A stretch of 64,000 nucleotides of DNA from Fimbriimonadia bacterium (GTDB lineage: Bacteria > Armatimonadota > Fimbriimonadia > Fimbriimonadales > JABRVX01): contig JBGPGO010000018.1 in assembly GCA_041483895.1 (NCBI GenBank), forward strand, positions 1 to 64,000, read 5' to 3'. Of the stretch, positions 39,588-49,731 are shown piece after piece; within the stretch, counting starts at the first letter, position 1; every line of letters begins with the position of its first letter. The position numbers and the translations under genes were made by a program. The notes below the pieces were generated by a model. That model was not told where the DNA came from. It did no database searches and was given only the letters and a program-made list of their open reading frames with translations.

Positions 39588-40028
39588 CTACTTCTTCCGA
39601 TTCTCCAGATATTCCGCCTCGGCGGCGTCGAGTTCTTCGGCGGTTTTGCGGTGCTCGGGATTGTCAGCGGGCTTCGCGGCCGCCTTGGGCGTGCTCTTCG
39701 CGCCTTCGACATCGTCCACCTTCACCAGCACCTGGAAGCTGAGGTTGATCGCCTTCTCCTCGGGGGTCAGGCGCTTGCGGCCCTCCTCGGACAGGCTGTC
39801 CATGAACTTGGTCTTGATGCGCCCCTCGATATGCTTGTGCATCTTGGAGATGCCCTCCGGCAGCAGATCCCGATTGATCCGTATCGCCACCTCGCCGTTG
39901 TCGAACAGGCGCGTGACCTCCCCTTCCAATCCGCCGTAATGCGGGAAGAACGTGGAGGACTCGATTTCCATCGGATCCGCCTCCCGCTTCTTGATTCGCA
40001 CTGTGTCCCCAACTTTTACGCTCGCCAA
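39588..40028 (-). CDS. Hypothetical protein, N-terminal KOW/SH3-like segment
   Basis: VKVGDTVRIK..GLEGEV; GGAGG RBS; host-like codon usage. Confidence 0.7.
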   Translation of the reverse strand: MASVKVGDTVRIKKREADPMEIESSTFFPHYGGLEGEVTRLFDNGEVAIRINRDLLPEGISKMHKHIEGRIKTKFMDSLSEEGRKRLTPEEKAINLSFQVLVKVDDVEGAKSTPKAAAKPADNPEHRKTAEELDAAEAEYLENRKK

Positions 40029-40076
40029 TATCCCCTCCGGAACCGGATTTTACCCGGCGGGTGCCATACTCTGCCC

Positions 40077-40970
40077 GTGCAGGACTTGGGGATAGCCATC
40101 GCCGTCGTGCTGGCGGCGTACGTCATGAGCCGTTGGTTGCGGAGCCTTCTCCTGTCCCGCACCGTGCTTCCCACCCGGCAGGCAATTGTCCATGAGTACT
40201 GGATCTGGTCGCCCGTTGTCGACCTTCCGCAGATGGTGGCTCTCCATCGCCGGCTGATTCAATACAATCCGTACAACCAGGGCGAGGAGATGGCGCTCTC
40301 GACCTCCGAGGGGCTGCTGCTCTCCGACATCCGTCTGCACATCGGGATATCGACGCGGGCGAAGAACCCGCATGTGTTTTCGCCCCAATTTTTCTCGGAC
40401 GAGGCGAAGGCGCCGGTCGGCGCGGTGGAGGCGATGGAGAAGTCGCAGGCGCTCATGATCGCGCGCTTTGCTTCCGAGCAGCCGATGCCGGACCGGGGAT
40501 ACATCCATTTTTTGACGCATTTGGCGGATGCGCTGGCCGACTATGCCAAGGCTGACCTGATCTATGACCGGGAGGGGCTGCGGTTCTGGACGCGCGAGGA
40601 GTGGAAAGCCCTGATGATGCGCGACAACGCCCGGCCGGATTTGGACAAGCACTATCAGGTCCATGCGGTGGAGGAGCCGTCCGGTTGGTGGATTCATACG
40701 CACGGCCTGCGAAAATATGGGCTGCCGGATTTGGAGATGATCGAAGTGAGCCGGGAGCAACGGACGGCGTGCACGGATATCATTCGACAGATGGCGGAGC
40801 GGGCGATCGCCGACCCTTCGACGCTATCGGATGGTGAAGTGGAGTATTACGGGCGGCAGCATCGGGTGGTGTTGGTGCGTGGGGAACGGGGCAAGCGGCA
40901 CCATCGTGGGTTGGTGCTGGGTGTCGTTGACACGACGTCAATCATCGACCAGATTACCTACGAGCAGTAA
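40077..40970 (+). CDS. Membrane-anchored DUF4261-like protein
   Basis: N-terminal TM; WIHTHGLRKYGLPDLEM motif. Confidence 0.6.
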   Translation: MQDLGIAIAVVLAAYVMSRWLRSLLLSRTVLPTRQAIVHEYWIWSPVVDLPQMVALHRRLIQYNPYNQGEEMALSTSEGLLLSDIRLHIGISTRAKNPHVFSPQFFSDEAKAPVGAVEAMEKSQALMIARFASEQPMPDRGYIHFLTHLADALADYAKADLIYDREGLRFWTREEWKALMMRDNARPDLDKHYQVHAVEEPSGWWIHTHGLRKYGLPDLEMIEVSREQRTACTDIIRQMAERAIADPSTLSDGEVEYYGRQHRVVLVRGERGKRHHRGLVLGVVDTTSIIDQITYEQ

Positions 40971-40981
40971 AGATCCTCCAT

Positions 40982-41041
40982 TTTCATTGACGATCGCATC
41001 GTCAACCACTACTACCTTTGACGATGCGATCGTCAATGAAA
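40982..41041. repeat. Nested palindrome / possible bidirectional terminator
   Basis: 24-bp perfect inverted repeat whose arms are each TTGACGAT-N3-ATCGTCAA. Confidence 0.8.
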
Positions 41042-41050
41042 TTTTACGTA

Positions 41051-41509
41051 TCAAGAGTCGTTGGGTTGGAAGTGCCGGTCGAGGGCGCGGCGGGCAATGT
41101 CGCCGGAGAACCCGCGGCGGGCGAGCATGGCGTAGGCTTTTTGGCGGTCGTCCGGATCGGGATCGCGGTATTTTTTCTGCAAGACTTTCAGGGCGAGCAG
41201 AAGTTCCTGGTCTTCTGACCACTCCACCTCAATAGCAGTTTCGGCTGTATCCCGCTCGATGCCATCGGTGCGCAACTTTTGTGAGACGCGATAGGCGCCA
41301 TATCCTTTTCGTCGCTCCTGCTCCACGCGTTCACGTGCGGTCTTCTCGTCGTCGATGAGTCCGGATTCTTCCAGACGCGCGACGACCGTGTCGATGGCGT
41401 CTTGTGGGATGCCTTTGCGCGTTAGGTGGCTGATGACGTCCTTTCGCGAACGCGAGCGCCGCGCCAACGCGCGTAATGCGATCGCCAATGATTCCGCTTC
41501 TTTCGCCAC
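41051..41509 (-). CDS. recX: Recombination regulator RecX
   Basis: ALRALARRSRS, GLIDD, GAYRVSQKL, LARRGFS; follows recA. Confidence 0.9.
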   Translation of the reverse strand: MAKEAESLAIALRALARRSRSRKDVISHLTRKGIPQDAIDTVVARLEESGLIDDEKTARERVEQERRKGYGAYRVSQKLRTDGIERDTAETAIEVEWSEDQELLLALKVLQKKYRDPDPDDRQKAYAMLARRGFSGDIARRALDRHFQPNDS

Positions 41510-41785
41510 TTAAGACCCCCACCCCTTCGACAAGCTCAAGACAAGCTCTAACCCTCCCCCGCAAGCGGGGGAGGGGATTGCGACTGTCGATGCGACCGGT
41601 CTCCTGACCAAGTCGCAATTCCATCGAATCTTCCGCGATGCGACCGGTCTCCTGACCGAGTCGCAATTCCATCCGCGATGCGACGGGTCTCCTGACCGAG
41701 TCGCAATTCCATCGATCCTAGAACCCCCACCCAACCCTCCCCCTTTCCCAGGCTGACGCCTGAAAAAATGGGAGGGCTTCTTGAA
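41510..41785. repeat. Cluster of nested palindromic repeats between recA and recX
   Basis: CCCTCCCCCGCAAGCGGGGGAGGG element, CTTCGACAAGCTCA motif, three GATGCGAC(C/G)GGTCTCCTGACC(A/G)AGTCGCAA units and a copy of the 133-216 element. Confidence 0.9.
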
Positions 41786-42838
41786 TTACTCGATCTCCAC
41801 TACCGCCATGTTGCGCTCAATGCCTTTCGGGAAGACCTCCTTCGCCTTCGCGCGCGTCTTCTGATCGATTTCCGTCATCAGGTCCGGATTTTCTTCCAGA
41901 TGCAGCCTGGCATTGTCTCGGCCCTGACCCAATCGAACGTCGCCATAGTTGTAGTAGGTGCCGGTCTTACCGATGATGCCGGTGGCCAACGCGATGTCGA
42001 CCAGGTCGCCGGATTGGGAGATACCGGTGCCAAATAGGATATCCACTTCGGCGGTGCGGAACGGCGGCGCGACCTTGTTCTTAACAACTTTAATCTTCGT
42101 CCGCGCGCCATATTGCTCCGTGCCACGCTTGAGCACTTCCCCGCGACGGACCTCCAGCCGCAACGATGCCCAAAACTTCAGAGCGCGTCCGCCGGGGGTG
42201 ACTTCCGGATTGCCGTACATGACGCCGATCTTCTCGCGCAATTGGTTGATAAAGATCGTAGCGGTGTTGGATTTGCTTACGCTGCCGCCCAACTTGCGGA
42301 GCGCCTGGGACATCAAACGGGCCTGAATGCCGACGAAGGAATCCCCCATCTCGCCCTCCATCTCCGCCTTCGGAACCAACGCGGCCACAGAATCCAAGAC
42401 GACCACATCCACGGCGCCGCTTCGGATCACCGCGTCCATGATCTCCAGCGCCTCTTCCCCGGTCGCCGGCTGCGCAATGTAAAGCCCCTCGACGTCCACC
42501 CCCAACTTCTTCGCGTACTCCACGTCCAGAGCGTGTTCGGCGTCGACGAAGAGCGCCAGTCCTCCGGCCTTTTGCGCCTCCGCAACAATGTGCAGCGCGA
42601 TAGTGGTCTTGCCGGAGCTCTCCGTTCCGTAAATCTCTGTAATCCGTCCGCGCGGAACGCCGCCCACCCCGATGGCAAGGTCCAAAGACAGCGAGCCGGT
42701 CGGGATCGCCTCCACCTCCGGTATCTTCTGCTGGCCAAGCTGCATCACCGCGCCGCGACCGAAACTCTTTTCGATCTGCGTCAGCGCCATCTCTAGCGCG
42801 CGTTTCTTCTGTCCGTCGATTTCGATTACTTCCGGCAT
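41786..42838 (-). CDS. recA: Recombinase RecA
   Basis: [42 protein letters not shown]. Confidence 0.98.
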   Translation of the reverse strand: MPEVIEIDGQKKRALEMALTQIEKSFGRGAVMQLGQQKIPEVEAIPTGSLSLDLAIGVGGVPRGRITEIYGTESSGKTTIALHIVAEAQKAGGLALFVDAEHALDVEYAKKLGVDVEGLYIAQPATGEEALEIMDAVIRSGAVDVVVLDSVAALVPKAEMEGEMGDSFVGIQARLMSQALRKLGGSVSKSNTATIFINQLREKIGVMYGNPEVTPGGRALKFWASLRLEVRRGEVLKRGTEQYGARTKIKVVKNKVAPPFRTAEVDILFGTGISQSGDLVDIALATGIIGKTGTYYNYGDVRLGQGRDNARLHLEENPDLMTEIDQKTRAKAKEVFPKGIERNMAVVEIE

Positions 42839-42842
42839 GTCC

Positions 42843-43397
42843 TCACCTTTGCAGCGGAAACGCTGCCCTTTCAATATACACCGACCCGGTCGGTTCCAGA
42901 CGACTTTCCATCAAAACAAATCTTTGCGGCACGGTCTCCGCCAACCTTTCCAGCGGGCAGCTTGCGAACGCCTCCGGTACCCCGCGAACCGGCTCCTTCA
43001 ACCGCGCCAGCGTGATGTGGCCCCGAAATGGCTTCCCCTCGGCGGGGATGTCTATGTATTGTAGACGGTCTTCTACTGCCTTTGCAAGAGCCGCCATACC
43101 ATTTTTTTCACAATTTTCAACCCCGGCCCAGAGCACATTGGGCCTCTTTTCGTTCGGAAAGGCCCCCCAGCCCTCGGGCGCGAACGGACAAACCGCCGCC
43201 TCGATGCCCGAAATGGCGTCTACTATCTTCGGCGCCCTGTCCTGCGAGACCTCCCCAATGAACTTGAGCGTGATATGCATCTTTTCCGGCGGCACCCAAC
43301 TGATGCGGCCGTTCAATCGCTTCTTCAACTCATCGCATCGCCGGCCAAGCTCCCTGCGAACCGGCTCCTCGATCTCCAGCGCTACGAAGAGGCGCAT
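42843..43397 (-). CDS. thpR: RNA 2',3'-cyclic phosphodiesterase (2H family)
   Basis: MRLFVAL, HITLKF and HITLAR 2H motifs. Confidence 0.93.
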   Translation of the reverse strand: MRLFVALEIEEPVRRELGRRCDELKKRLNGRISWVPPEKMHITLKFIGEVSQDRAPKIVDAISGIEAAVCPFAPEGWGAFPNEKRPNVLWAGVENCEKNGMAALAKAVEDRLQYIDIPAEGKPFRGHITLARLKEPVRGVPEAFASCPLERLAETVPQRFVLMESRLEPTGSVYIERAAFPLQR

Positions 43398-44632
43398 CCG
43401 CCGTCCAAGATGGCCCGCCGTAGCATCGTGAGGGCGTGCTGGGTCGAACGCAACCGGACAATGTCTCGCTTGCCGGGAAAGACATGGCGGCTGACGGCCG
43501 TGTCCTTGCCATCGGCTACTGCGATGTAGACGAGACCCACAGGCTTTCCCGCCGTCCCGCCGCCCGGCCCCGCGATCCCCGTGATTGCCACAGACCAATT
43601 CGCGCGCGTCTCGCGCATGGCCCCTTCCGCCATCGCCCGAGCGCACTGTTCGCTCACCGCACCGAACTCTTTTAGGATCGTTTCTGTCACTCCGATCATG
43701 TTAACCTTCATTCCATTGGAATATGTGACAAAACCGCCGAAAAAAATATCGCTGCTGCCGGGAATGCTTGTGATGCGCTCGGCAAACCCGCCGCCCGTGC
43801 AGCTTTCCGCGCAGGTCAGCGTTTGGTCTCGCTCGCGCAAAAGTTCATTCACGGCGGCCTCCAGAGTCGTATCGTCCAGGCCGTAGACGGCGTCGCCCAA
43901 GATCCCACGAACCTTTGCCTCCATTCCGTCGAGCAGCTTGCCGATCTCCGCATCGGACGATGCGCTCGCCGTCAACCGGATATGGACGTCGCCGGGCTTG
44001 GCCAATGGCGCTACCGTCGGGTTCTCGTTTTTTAGAAGTTCGCGCAGCCGATCTTCTACAATACTCTCCCCAAGACCCGCAATTCGCACAACCCGCGAGA
44101 CGATTTTGACGCCACCTCCCCTACTCGCCAAGAAAGGCCGGACATGATCGTGCAGCATCGGCACAAACTCATGCCGAGGGCCGGGCAATGCGATCACAAT
44201 CTTTCCGTCTTTTTCGCAGATCAGACCGGGGGCGGTGCCGTTCGGGTTCGGCAGGGGACGCGCGCACGCGGGCCGCATCGCCTGCCGAAGTTGCGTATTA
44301 ATCCAGGTATAGCCCCGAATCTTAAACAGTTCCTTCAATTGCTCGATCAGCACCGGGTCCTCGATCAATGGATCGTCGAGCGCGGCAGAGATCCCCTCCC
44401 GCGTCAGATCGTCCTCCGTCGGACCGAGACCGCCGATGGTGATGACGATATCCGACCGCGCCAGGGCCTCTCGCAAGACATCCGTTACGCGAGAAAGGTT
44501 GTCGCCGACCGTCTGCCGTCGAAGGCAGGATATCCCGACCTCCGCCAGGCAGGTGGCCGCGGCGACGGCGTTGGTATCCGTGATCTGGCCCAGAAGCAAC
44601 TCGGTGCCAACGGAAACGATCTCGGCAATCAT
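43382..44632 (-). CDS. cinA: Competence/damage-inducible protein CinA
   Basis: [38 protein letters not shown]. Confidence 0.95.
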   Translation of the reverse strand: MIAEIVSVGTELLLGQITDTNAVAAATCLAEVGISCLRRQTVGDNLSRVTDVLREALARSDIVITIGGLGPTEDDLTREGISAALDDPLIEDPVLIEQLKELFKIRGYTWINTQLRQAMRPACARPLPNPNGTAPGLICEKDGKIVIALPGPRHEFVPMLHDHVRPFLASRGGGVKIVSRVVRIAGLGESIVEDRLRELLKNENPTVAPLAKPGDVHIRLTASASSDAEIGKLLDGMEAKVRGILGDAVYGLDDTTLEAAVNELLRERDQTLTCAESCTGGGFAERITSIPGSSDIFFGGFVTYSNGMKVNMIGVTETILKEFGAVSEQCARAMAEGAMRETRANWSVAITGIAGPGGGTAGKPVGLVYIAVADGKDTAVSRHVFPGKRDIVRLRSTQHALTMLRRAILDGGCASS

Positions 44633-45192
44633 CCGGCCAGACCAAGTTTTTCAGCATCCCGCGACATGGCGGCGATGCAGTTGGCGATATGCTCCTCAAG
44701 AGGAATTCCCAGCTCCTCCGCGCCGTTCACGACATCCTCCCGATTGACCCCCGCCGCGAACGATTTCTGTTTCAGCCGCTTCGTTACGCTCTTGACCTCG
44801 ACATCCCGAACGCACCGGCTTGGCCGCACGTACGTAACGGCGGTAATGAAGCCCGACAGCTCGTCGACGGCAAACAGCGTCTTCTCCATCAGGGTCTCGC
44901 GCTCTATGCCGGTCCGTTCGTTGGCGTGCGATCCGATTGCGCGGATCATCTCTTCCGGCCAGCCCTCATCGCGCAAAATCCCCATTCCAACAATCGGATG
45001 CTCGTCCAGCGACGGATGCTTCTCGTAATCGAAGTCGTGAAGCAGGCCGACCATCCCCCACTTCTCGACATCTTCCCCAACCTTCTCAGCGTACCAGCGC
45101 ATGCAGGATTCCACCGACAACATGTGACGGCGGAGGTTTTCGCTCTCGGTATGCTCGCACAACAGCTTCCAGGCATCGTCTCTCGTTTTCAT
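44629..45192 (-). CDS. HD-domain (HDIG) metal-dependent phosphohydrolase
   Basis: [28 protein letters not shown]. Confidence 0.88.
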   Translation of the reverse strand: MKTRDDAWKLLCEHTESENLRRHMLSVESCMRWYAEKVGEDVEKWGMVGLLHDFDYEKHPSLDEHPIVGMGILRDEGWPEEMIRAIGSHANERTGIERETLMEKTLFAVDELSGFITAVTYVRPSRCVRDVEVKSVTKRLKQKSFAAGVNREDVVNGAEELGIPLEEHIANCIAAMSRDAEKLGLAG

Positions 45193-45224
45193 TGTCCCGA
45201 TTTTACTACGGTACACTGCCGCCG

Positions 45225-45908
45225 ATGCGCGTTCCGATCCTTTGCTACCACAAGATCGGGGATCCGGCGGATCGAAGCCTGAACGTCAAAGAAGAGGATT
45301 TCCGCCGGCAGGTGGGATTTCTATCTCGCCGCGGCTACCGTTTCCGGCGGCTGGACGAATGGCCGCGATTGACGGAGGGCAGCGCGATTCTAACATTCGA
45401 TGATGTGTACGCCACGACAGCGGAATGCCTGCTGCGCATGCCGGAACTGACCGGGACCCTGTTCGTAGTCCCCTCAATGGTGGGGGGGGCAAGCGCTTGG
45501 GATGGGGACAGCGCGCGGCCATTGGCTCATTGGGGCCAGGTCACCGCACTATTTGACCGGGGATTCGAGATCGGTAATCACACGTATTCTCATGCCGATC
45601 TTTCGAAAGCTACGAACGTGGAAATTTCGCGCGAGATTGAAGAGTGCGAAGAGGCTCTCAGTTCCCGATTCGGCGGCAACCCGGCCACACTTGCCTACCC
45701 ATACGGCCGCTATGACGGCAGGGTGATGGAAGCTCTGGAACGCAAGCGATACGCAGCAGCCGTTACGACAAAGTCCGGGATTGCTTCCATCAAGGGCTGC
45801 CCCTTCGAGCTGCCCCGGATAAAGATCGGATACTCCGACGGCGTTGCCGGACTGATGTACAAGCTGTACATTCGGCCCCATTTGGGATCGCGTTCGCCGA
45901 TCCCTTAG
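45225..45908 (+). CDS. Polysaccharide deacetylase family protein
   Basis: [31 protein letters not shown]. Confidence 0.9.
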   Translation: MRVPILCYHKIGDPADRSLNVKEEDFRRQVGFLSRRGYRFRRLDEWPRLTEGSAILTFDDVYATTAECLLRMPELTGTLFVVPSMVGGASAWDGDSARPLAHWGQVTALFDRGFEIGNHTYSHADLSKATNVEISREIEECEEALSSRFGGNPATLAYPYGRYDGRVMEALERKRYAAAVTTKSGIASIKGCPFELPRIKIGYSDGVAGLMYKLYIRPHLGSRSPIP

Positions 45909-47146
45909 ATCGCTTCCACGGTCCCGTTGTGCCGGGCGCGCTCGGCCGCAAACACCATCCGATGCGTTTCCAGCGTCTCATCGGGACCGGAAAGAATTCG
46001 GCTGGGATTGCGATCGGCAACCGCGCCGATGAACGAATCCATAATTCCATAATCGCCGCCACCATGCCCGGCGAGAGCGCCCGAAGACGTTTGCCGCGTG
46101 TCCAGTTCACTGGTTGTGTCCCGCAGGAAATCGTTATGAATGATCGTGTGCTCGTTGCAGATCAGTTCGCCGCGCGTGCCGAAAACTGTGGTTTTGCGGC
46201 CGCCCTTCGCAAACGCCGTCATCGTAAACGACGCGGAACGGCCGCCTTCGAATTCCATGCTGACCACCTGATTATCCACCACGTCGTTATCGCACGCGTA
46301 CACGCATTGGCCGTACGGCCCGGTTTCAATGGCCTCCAAGATGCTCTTCTTCGTCACATCCGGCGCTAGCACATTCAGCGGCCAGCCGCGGCGGCCCTCC
46401 TCAAAGAACCCCATGTAGATCTTTTTCGCCGAATAGGGGCAGTCGGGTTCGACGCCACAGGTCACGCATCGATCGGTGGCAACCGCCGGCTGGTCTTCCC
46501 TCCGAAAGTGCTTGAGCGAGCCAAACGACGAAATGCGCAGGCAGCGGTGGCCCATGATATGTCGGATCCAGTCCAGGTCGTGGCACGATTTGGCGAGCAG
46601 CATGAAAGAGGACTCTTTCTCGTTGCGCCAATTGCCCCGGACGAACGAGTGAGCTTGATGCCAATAGCCCACGCCCTCAAGGTGCTGGATAGAGACCACG
46701 TCGCCAATCAGCCCGGTATCCACCATGGCCTTGAGCTGCTTCGTGAAGTTCGTATATCGGAGAACATGGCAGACGGCGAAGATGATCCCGTGTTCTTTCG
46801 CGGCGCCCACGATTCGCCGGCAGGCATCTTCCGTTGGCGCCATTGGTTTCTCGAGGAGCATCGCGTACTTTCGGTTGGCGAAAGCGATCGCCGGCTCTTC
46901 GTGATGGGCGTCGCCGGTCGCGATGATAGCGGCGTCGGCGAACCGGTCACGGGCGGTAAGCTCTTGCCAGTCCGTGGCGACGTTGGCTGCAGGGATATCG
47001 TATTCTTGCGCCATGCGCTCCCGATAAAACTCCCTCGGCTCGGCGACCCCGACGACGCGCATCCGATCCGGATGGTGCTTGGCGAACTCGGCATACCCGG
47101 TCCCGCGGCTGTCCGCCCCCACGATAACGACTTCGACTGGTTTCAT
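45905..47146 (-). CDS. Gfo/Idh/MocA family oxidoreductase
   Basis: LLEKPMA, HSFVRGNW, KSCHDLD, GHGGGD. Confidence 0.92.
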   Translation of the reverse strand: MKPVEVVIVGADSRGTGYAEFAKHHPDRMRVVGVAEPREFYRERMAQEYDIPAANVATDWQELTARDRFADAAIIATGDAHHEEPAIAFANRKYAMLLEKPMAPTEDACRRIVGAAKEHGIIFAVCHVLRYTNFTKQLKAMVDTGLIGDVVSIQHLEGVGYWHQAHSFVRGNWRNEKESSFMLLAKSCHDLDWIRHIMGHRCLRISSFGSLKHFRREDQPAVATDRCVTCGVEPDCPYSAKKIYMGFFEEGRRGWPLNVLAPDVTKKSILEAIETGPYGQCVYACDNDVVDNQVVSMEFEGGRSASFTMTAFAKGGRKTTVFGTRGELICNEHTIIHNDFLRDTTSELDTRQTSSGALAGHGGGDYGIMDSFIGAVADRNPSRILSGPDETLETHRMVFAAERARHNGTVEAI

Positions 47147-47247
47147 CCCGGCCTCCTGTTGATATCCCTTGACGTTCGCAATGTCAAGGGATAGGGGTTC
47201 CATCTGAATGATCGGTTTCCCGTCTCAGCCTGCCATAATTTTCCGCC

Positions 47248-47400
47248 ATGAGCGACAAGATTGGGCGGTTATTTTGGTTTGAGCATCATTCCCGGCGGAA
47301 CCAGGACGCGGCGGAGTTCTATCGCAAAGTGGTCGGCTGGGTGGCGCACGGTTGGCCCTGCGGAAGCCTGCCGAATAGAACCCCCACCCTCACCCGATGA
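47248..47400 (+). pseudogene. Truncated VOC/glyoxalase family gene
   Basis: MSDKIGRLFWFEHHSRRNQDAAEFYRKVVGW resembles a VOC N-terminus; ORF stops after 50 aa at a repeat. Confidence 0.55.
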
Positions 47401-47478
47401 TGTGTCGGGGTCCGCGTCCGGCAATACCTGTCCGACGAGCAGGTCCAAAGACCCCGACACGTCCCCACCCTAACCCGA
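47382..47478. repeat. GTGTCGGGGTC/GACCCCGACAC hairpin flanked by 16-bp direct repeats
   Basis: IR 47402-47412 / 47450-47460; CCCCACCCT(C/A)ACCCGA at 47382 and 47463. Confidence 0.8.
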
Positions 47479-47526
47479 GGGAACTCGTGGGGCAATCATG
47501 CGTTAAAATGTGCGAGGGAGGATCGA

Positions 47527-48012
47527 ATGGAAAGTAAGACGGAAATCGCGACGTTTGCGGCGGGGTGTTTTTGGGGAGTGGAGGCCGCGTTTCGCCAGAT
47601 AGACGGCGTTGTGTCCACTTCGGTCGGGTACACGGGCGGGGATTACGACAATCCGACCTATGAGGCTGTCTGCTCGCATCGCACAGGCCACGCGGAGGCC
47701 GTGCAGGTGGAATTCGACCCGACGAAGACCTCCTACGAGCGGCTTTTGGGCGTTTTCTGGGCCAGCCACGATCCGACGCAGGTCAATCGCCAGGGGCCGG
47801 ATGTGGGGTCGCAATACCGGTCGGCCATTTTCTATCACTCACCGGAGCAGGAAGAGCTGGCGCGGGAATCCAAGGAGATATTGGAGAAGTCCGGGCGGCA
47901 TACTCGGCCGATTGCGACGGAGATCGTGCCGGCTCCGAAGTTCTGGGTGGCGGAAGAATATCATCAGCGGTATCTGGAAAAACGCGGCCTGGCGTCCTGC
48001 AAACTTCATTAA
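47527..48012 (+). CDS. msrA: Peptide methionine sulfoxide reductase MsrA
   Basis: [27 protein letters not shown]. Confidence 0.96.
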   Translation: MESKTEIATFAAGCFWGVEAAFRQIDGVVSTSVGYTGGDYDNPTYEAVCSHRTGHAEAVQVEFDPTKTSYERLLGVFWASHDPTQVNRQGPDVGSQYRSAIFYHSPEQEELARESKEILEKSGRHTRPIATEIVPAPKFWVAEEYHQRYLEKRGLASCKLH

Positions 48013-48018
48013 TCGGGC

Positions 48019-48076
48019 GTGTCGGGGTCTTCGGAATCGGTATCAGAGAGCATTCGGCGGACGAGGACCCCGACAC
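48019..48076. repeat. Second GTGTCGGGGTC/GACCCCGACAC hairpin
   Basis: IR 48019-48029 / 48066-48076; inverted relative to the 47402 copy. Confidence 0.8.
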
Positions 48077-48098
48077 ATCTCGGAGACGCGAACCCCCT

Positions 48099-48231
48099 GT
48101 AGCTGTGGGTTCGCCTAGTAGATGCTCTCGGACGACGACAACACAAACACCCACAGCGGCGACTGCGACATCACCGCAGGCCTTGGGGAAATGCCAAGTG
48201 AGGGGATATCGTCACGCGGACCTGCGCCTAC
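48099..48231. repeat. GTAG...CTAC REPIN-like element, copy 3 (shorter spacer)
   Basis: GTAGCTGTGGGT..ACCCACAGC left arm; CGCAGGCCTTGGG..GGACCTGCGCCTAC right arm resembling copy 1. Confidence 0.55.
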
Positions 48232-48278
48232 GAAAACACCCAGCGGCGATGCCATGGGGTGTTTGAATTGGGAAAAAA

Positions 48279-48977
48279 CTATCCGCCGGACCCGCCGATT
48301 GTCCCGCCAGAGCCGGCGCCGTCCTTATCCTTGGCGTCTTTATCTTTGGCAGCCTTATCCTTCTTTTCCTTCTCATCGTCCATCTGCTTGATGGCCTTCA
48401 CGATAATATCGTGCTTCTTGCCCTTGGCGAAGATGTTGAGGCACTGCTCCAGCATTTTGCGCTGAAGCTCGTATCGAAGCTGTTCTTTTTGCTCAGCCGA
48501 TAGATCCGTCCGATCGGATATGACCCGCATTTCGGTCCGGCACTGCTCGACGATCTTTGCAATGCGATTGACGCTCGGAAAGTCATCGACAATTGCCGTT
48601 CTCCGCATCCAACTGTCGAGGTCCAATTCGTACAACTGGCATTGGTCAGCGGTCATGAACTCTTCGGCCTTAAGGCGATATTGTAAGGCGGCGTCACCGC
48701 GGATTCGTTGGGAGTCCTTCTGGCTCAGCTTTTTCCCCACAGCTCCTTTTACTGCCGTCTCCTCGGCATCGTATGCGTACCAAAGCTGCGCGCGCTGCCA
48801 ATCCTGCAGATGGTAGGTAGCCGCAATTGGAACCGGCAATTCCCAGTTGGCAACCGATGTTATGCGTCTGATGTCCCAATCTGAAATCGCGTCCGGCGAC
48901 GGAGGTCCCACCTTCTGGCAGTAACCAGGATCAAGCAGGCAAACCGTGACGATCCCGGCGGCCAACAGCTTCGTCAT
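48279..48977 (-). CDS. Secreted helical hypothetical protein, paralog 3
   Basis: Signal peptide; C-terminus nearly identical to that of 49732-50487. Confidence 0.7.
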   Translation of the reverse strand: MTKLLAAGIVTVCLLDPGYCQKVGPPSPDAISDWDIRRITSVANWELPVPIAATYHLQDWQRAQLWYAYDAEETAVKGAVGKKLSQKDSQRIRGDAALQYRLKAEEFMTADQCQLYELDLDSWMRRTAIVDDFPSVNRIAKIVEQCRTEMRVISDRTDLSAEQKEQLRYELQRKMLEQCLNIFAKGKKHDIIVKAIKQMDDEKEKKDKAAKDKDAKDKDGAGSGGTIGGSGG

Positions 48978-49681
48978 TTTTTTGCAGCCTTCTTTTCATC
49001 GGCATGAATCCTGTCCAATAACTTAATTTGAAACGCAACGATGTTGCGATGGCTGCCCGGTGAGAGCTGAGCATATTCGCGTTCGTGCATCTCACGATAA
49101 ACCCAATATATGGCTTCAACTTTTGCTTCAGGGGACAGATCGGTCCGAGCTCCTATCGACCGGAGCTCCTTCGCCGCCGCAACCATCAGTTTAGAATGTA
49201 TCAATATTCGTTCAGCATCCTCGGGAGTGGTTTCTGACGTGCTTCGATGCTTCTCGTACCTGGACAATTGATCGGAAGTCATCGTGGCTTTGATGGCGTC
49301 CTCGTACTTTCGCGACTCGGTAATTTCATTGTGGACCTCATCTTTCCAACTCCGATCCTCCCTATCGGCTGCTTTTATGTTCGATATCATCACATCCCAA
49401 GCGGCCCGCAATTGGTGATATTGCTTATCTGACAAACCGTAGCGATGCGTGAGATCCGCCGGTTCGGCCAAATTCCGGGCAAGCACAATGCAAGGAGTAG
49501 ACGGCAAATCGATGTGCGGTGACGCAGGCGGACCCATCATCTGGCAGGCATCTCGCGGCGAAGAAAGGCCGTCCCGCAAGAACGCCGCGGGCATCGGAGT
49601 GGTCGGCCGAGGAGAGAGATCGCCGCACGGACAGGAGGCCACAGTCAATATTAGAGACCAAATGTGGAGCATAGGCGTCAC
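48974..49681 (-). CDS. Secreted helical hypothetical protein, paralog 2
   Basis: YGLSDKQ..QL, MTSDQ..RY, RTDLSPE segments shared with neighbours. Confidence 0.6.
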   Translation of the reverse strand: MTPMLHIWSLILTVASCPCGDLSPRPTTPMPAAFLRDGLSSPRDACQMMGPPASPHIDLPSTPCIVLARNLAEPADLTHRYGLSDKQYHQLRAAWDVMISNIKAADREDRSWKDEVHNEITESRKYEDAIKATMTSDQLSRYEKHRSTSETTPEDAERILIHSKLMVAAAKELRSIGARTDLSPEAKVEAIYWVYREMHEREYAQLSPGSHRNIVAFQIKLLDRIHADEKKAAKK

Positions 49682-49731
49682 CTGTGATAAGCGCCCCTCG
49701 AACGTGTCGCGGGGCGCTCAACTCTCAGAAA

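Noticed and set aside
41589..41715. Possible mini CRISPR array (three ~36-bp repeats)
   Set aside because: Spacers are only about 3-11 bp and non-unique, no cas genes are present, and the same unit occurs inside trmD; it fits a REP-like repeat better.
41331..41734. Short ORFs with repeated [12 protein letters not shown] peptides
   Set aside because: They are translations of the intergenic hairpin repeats, with no independent sign of coding.
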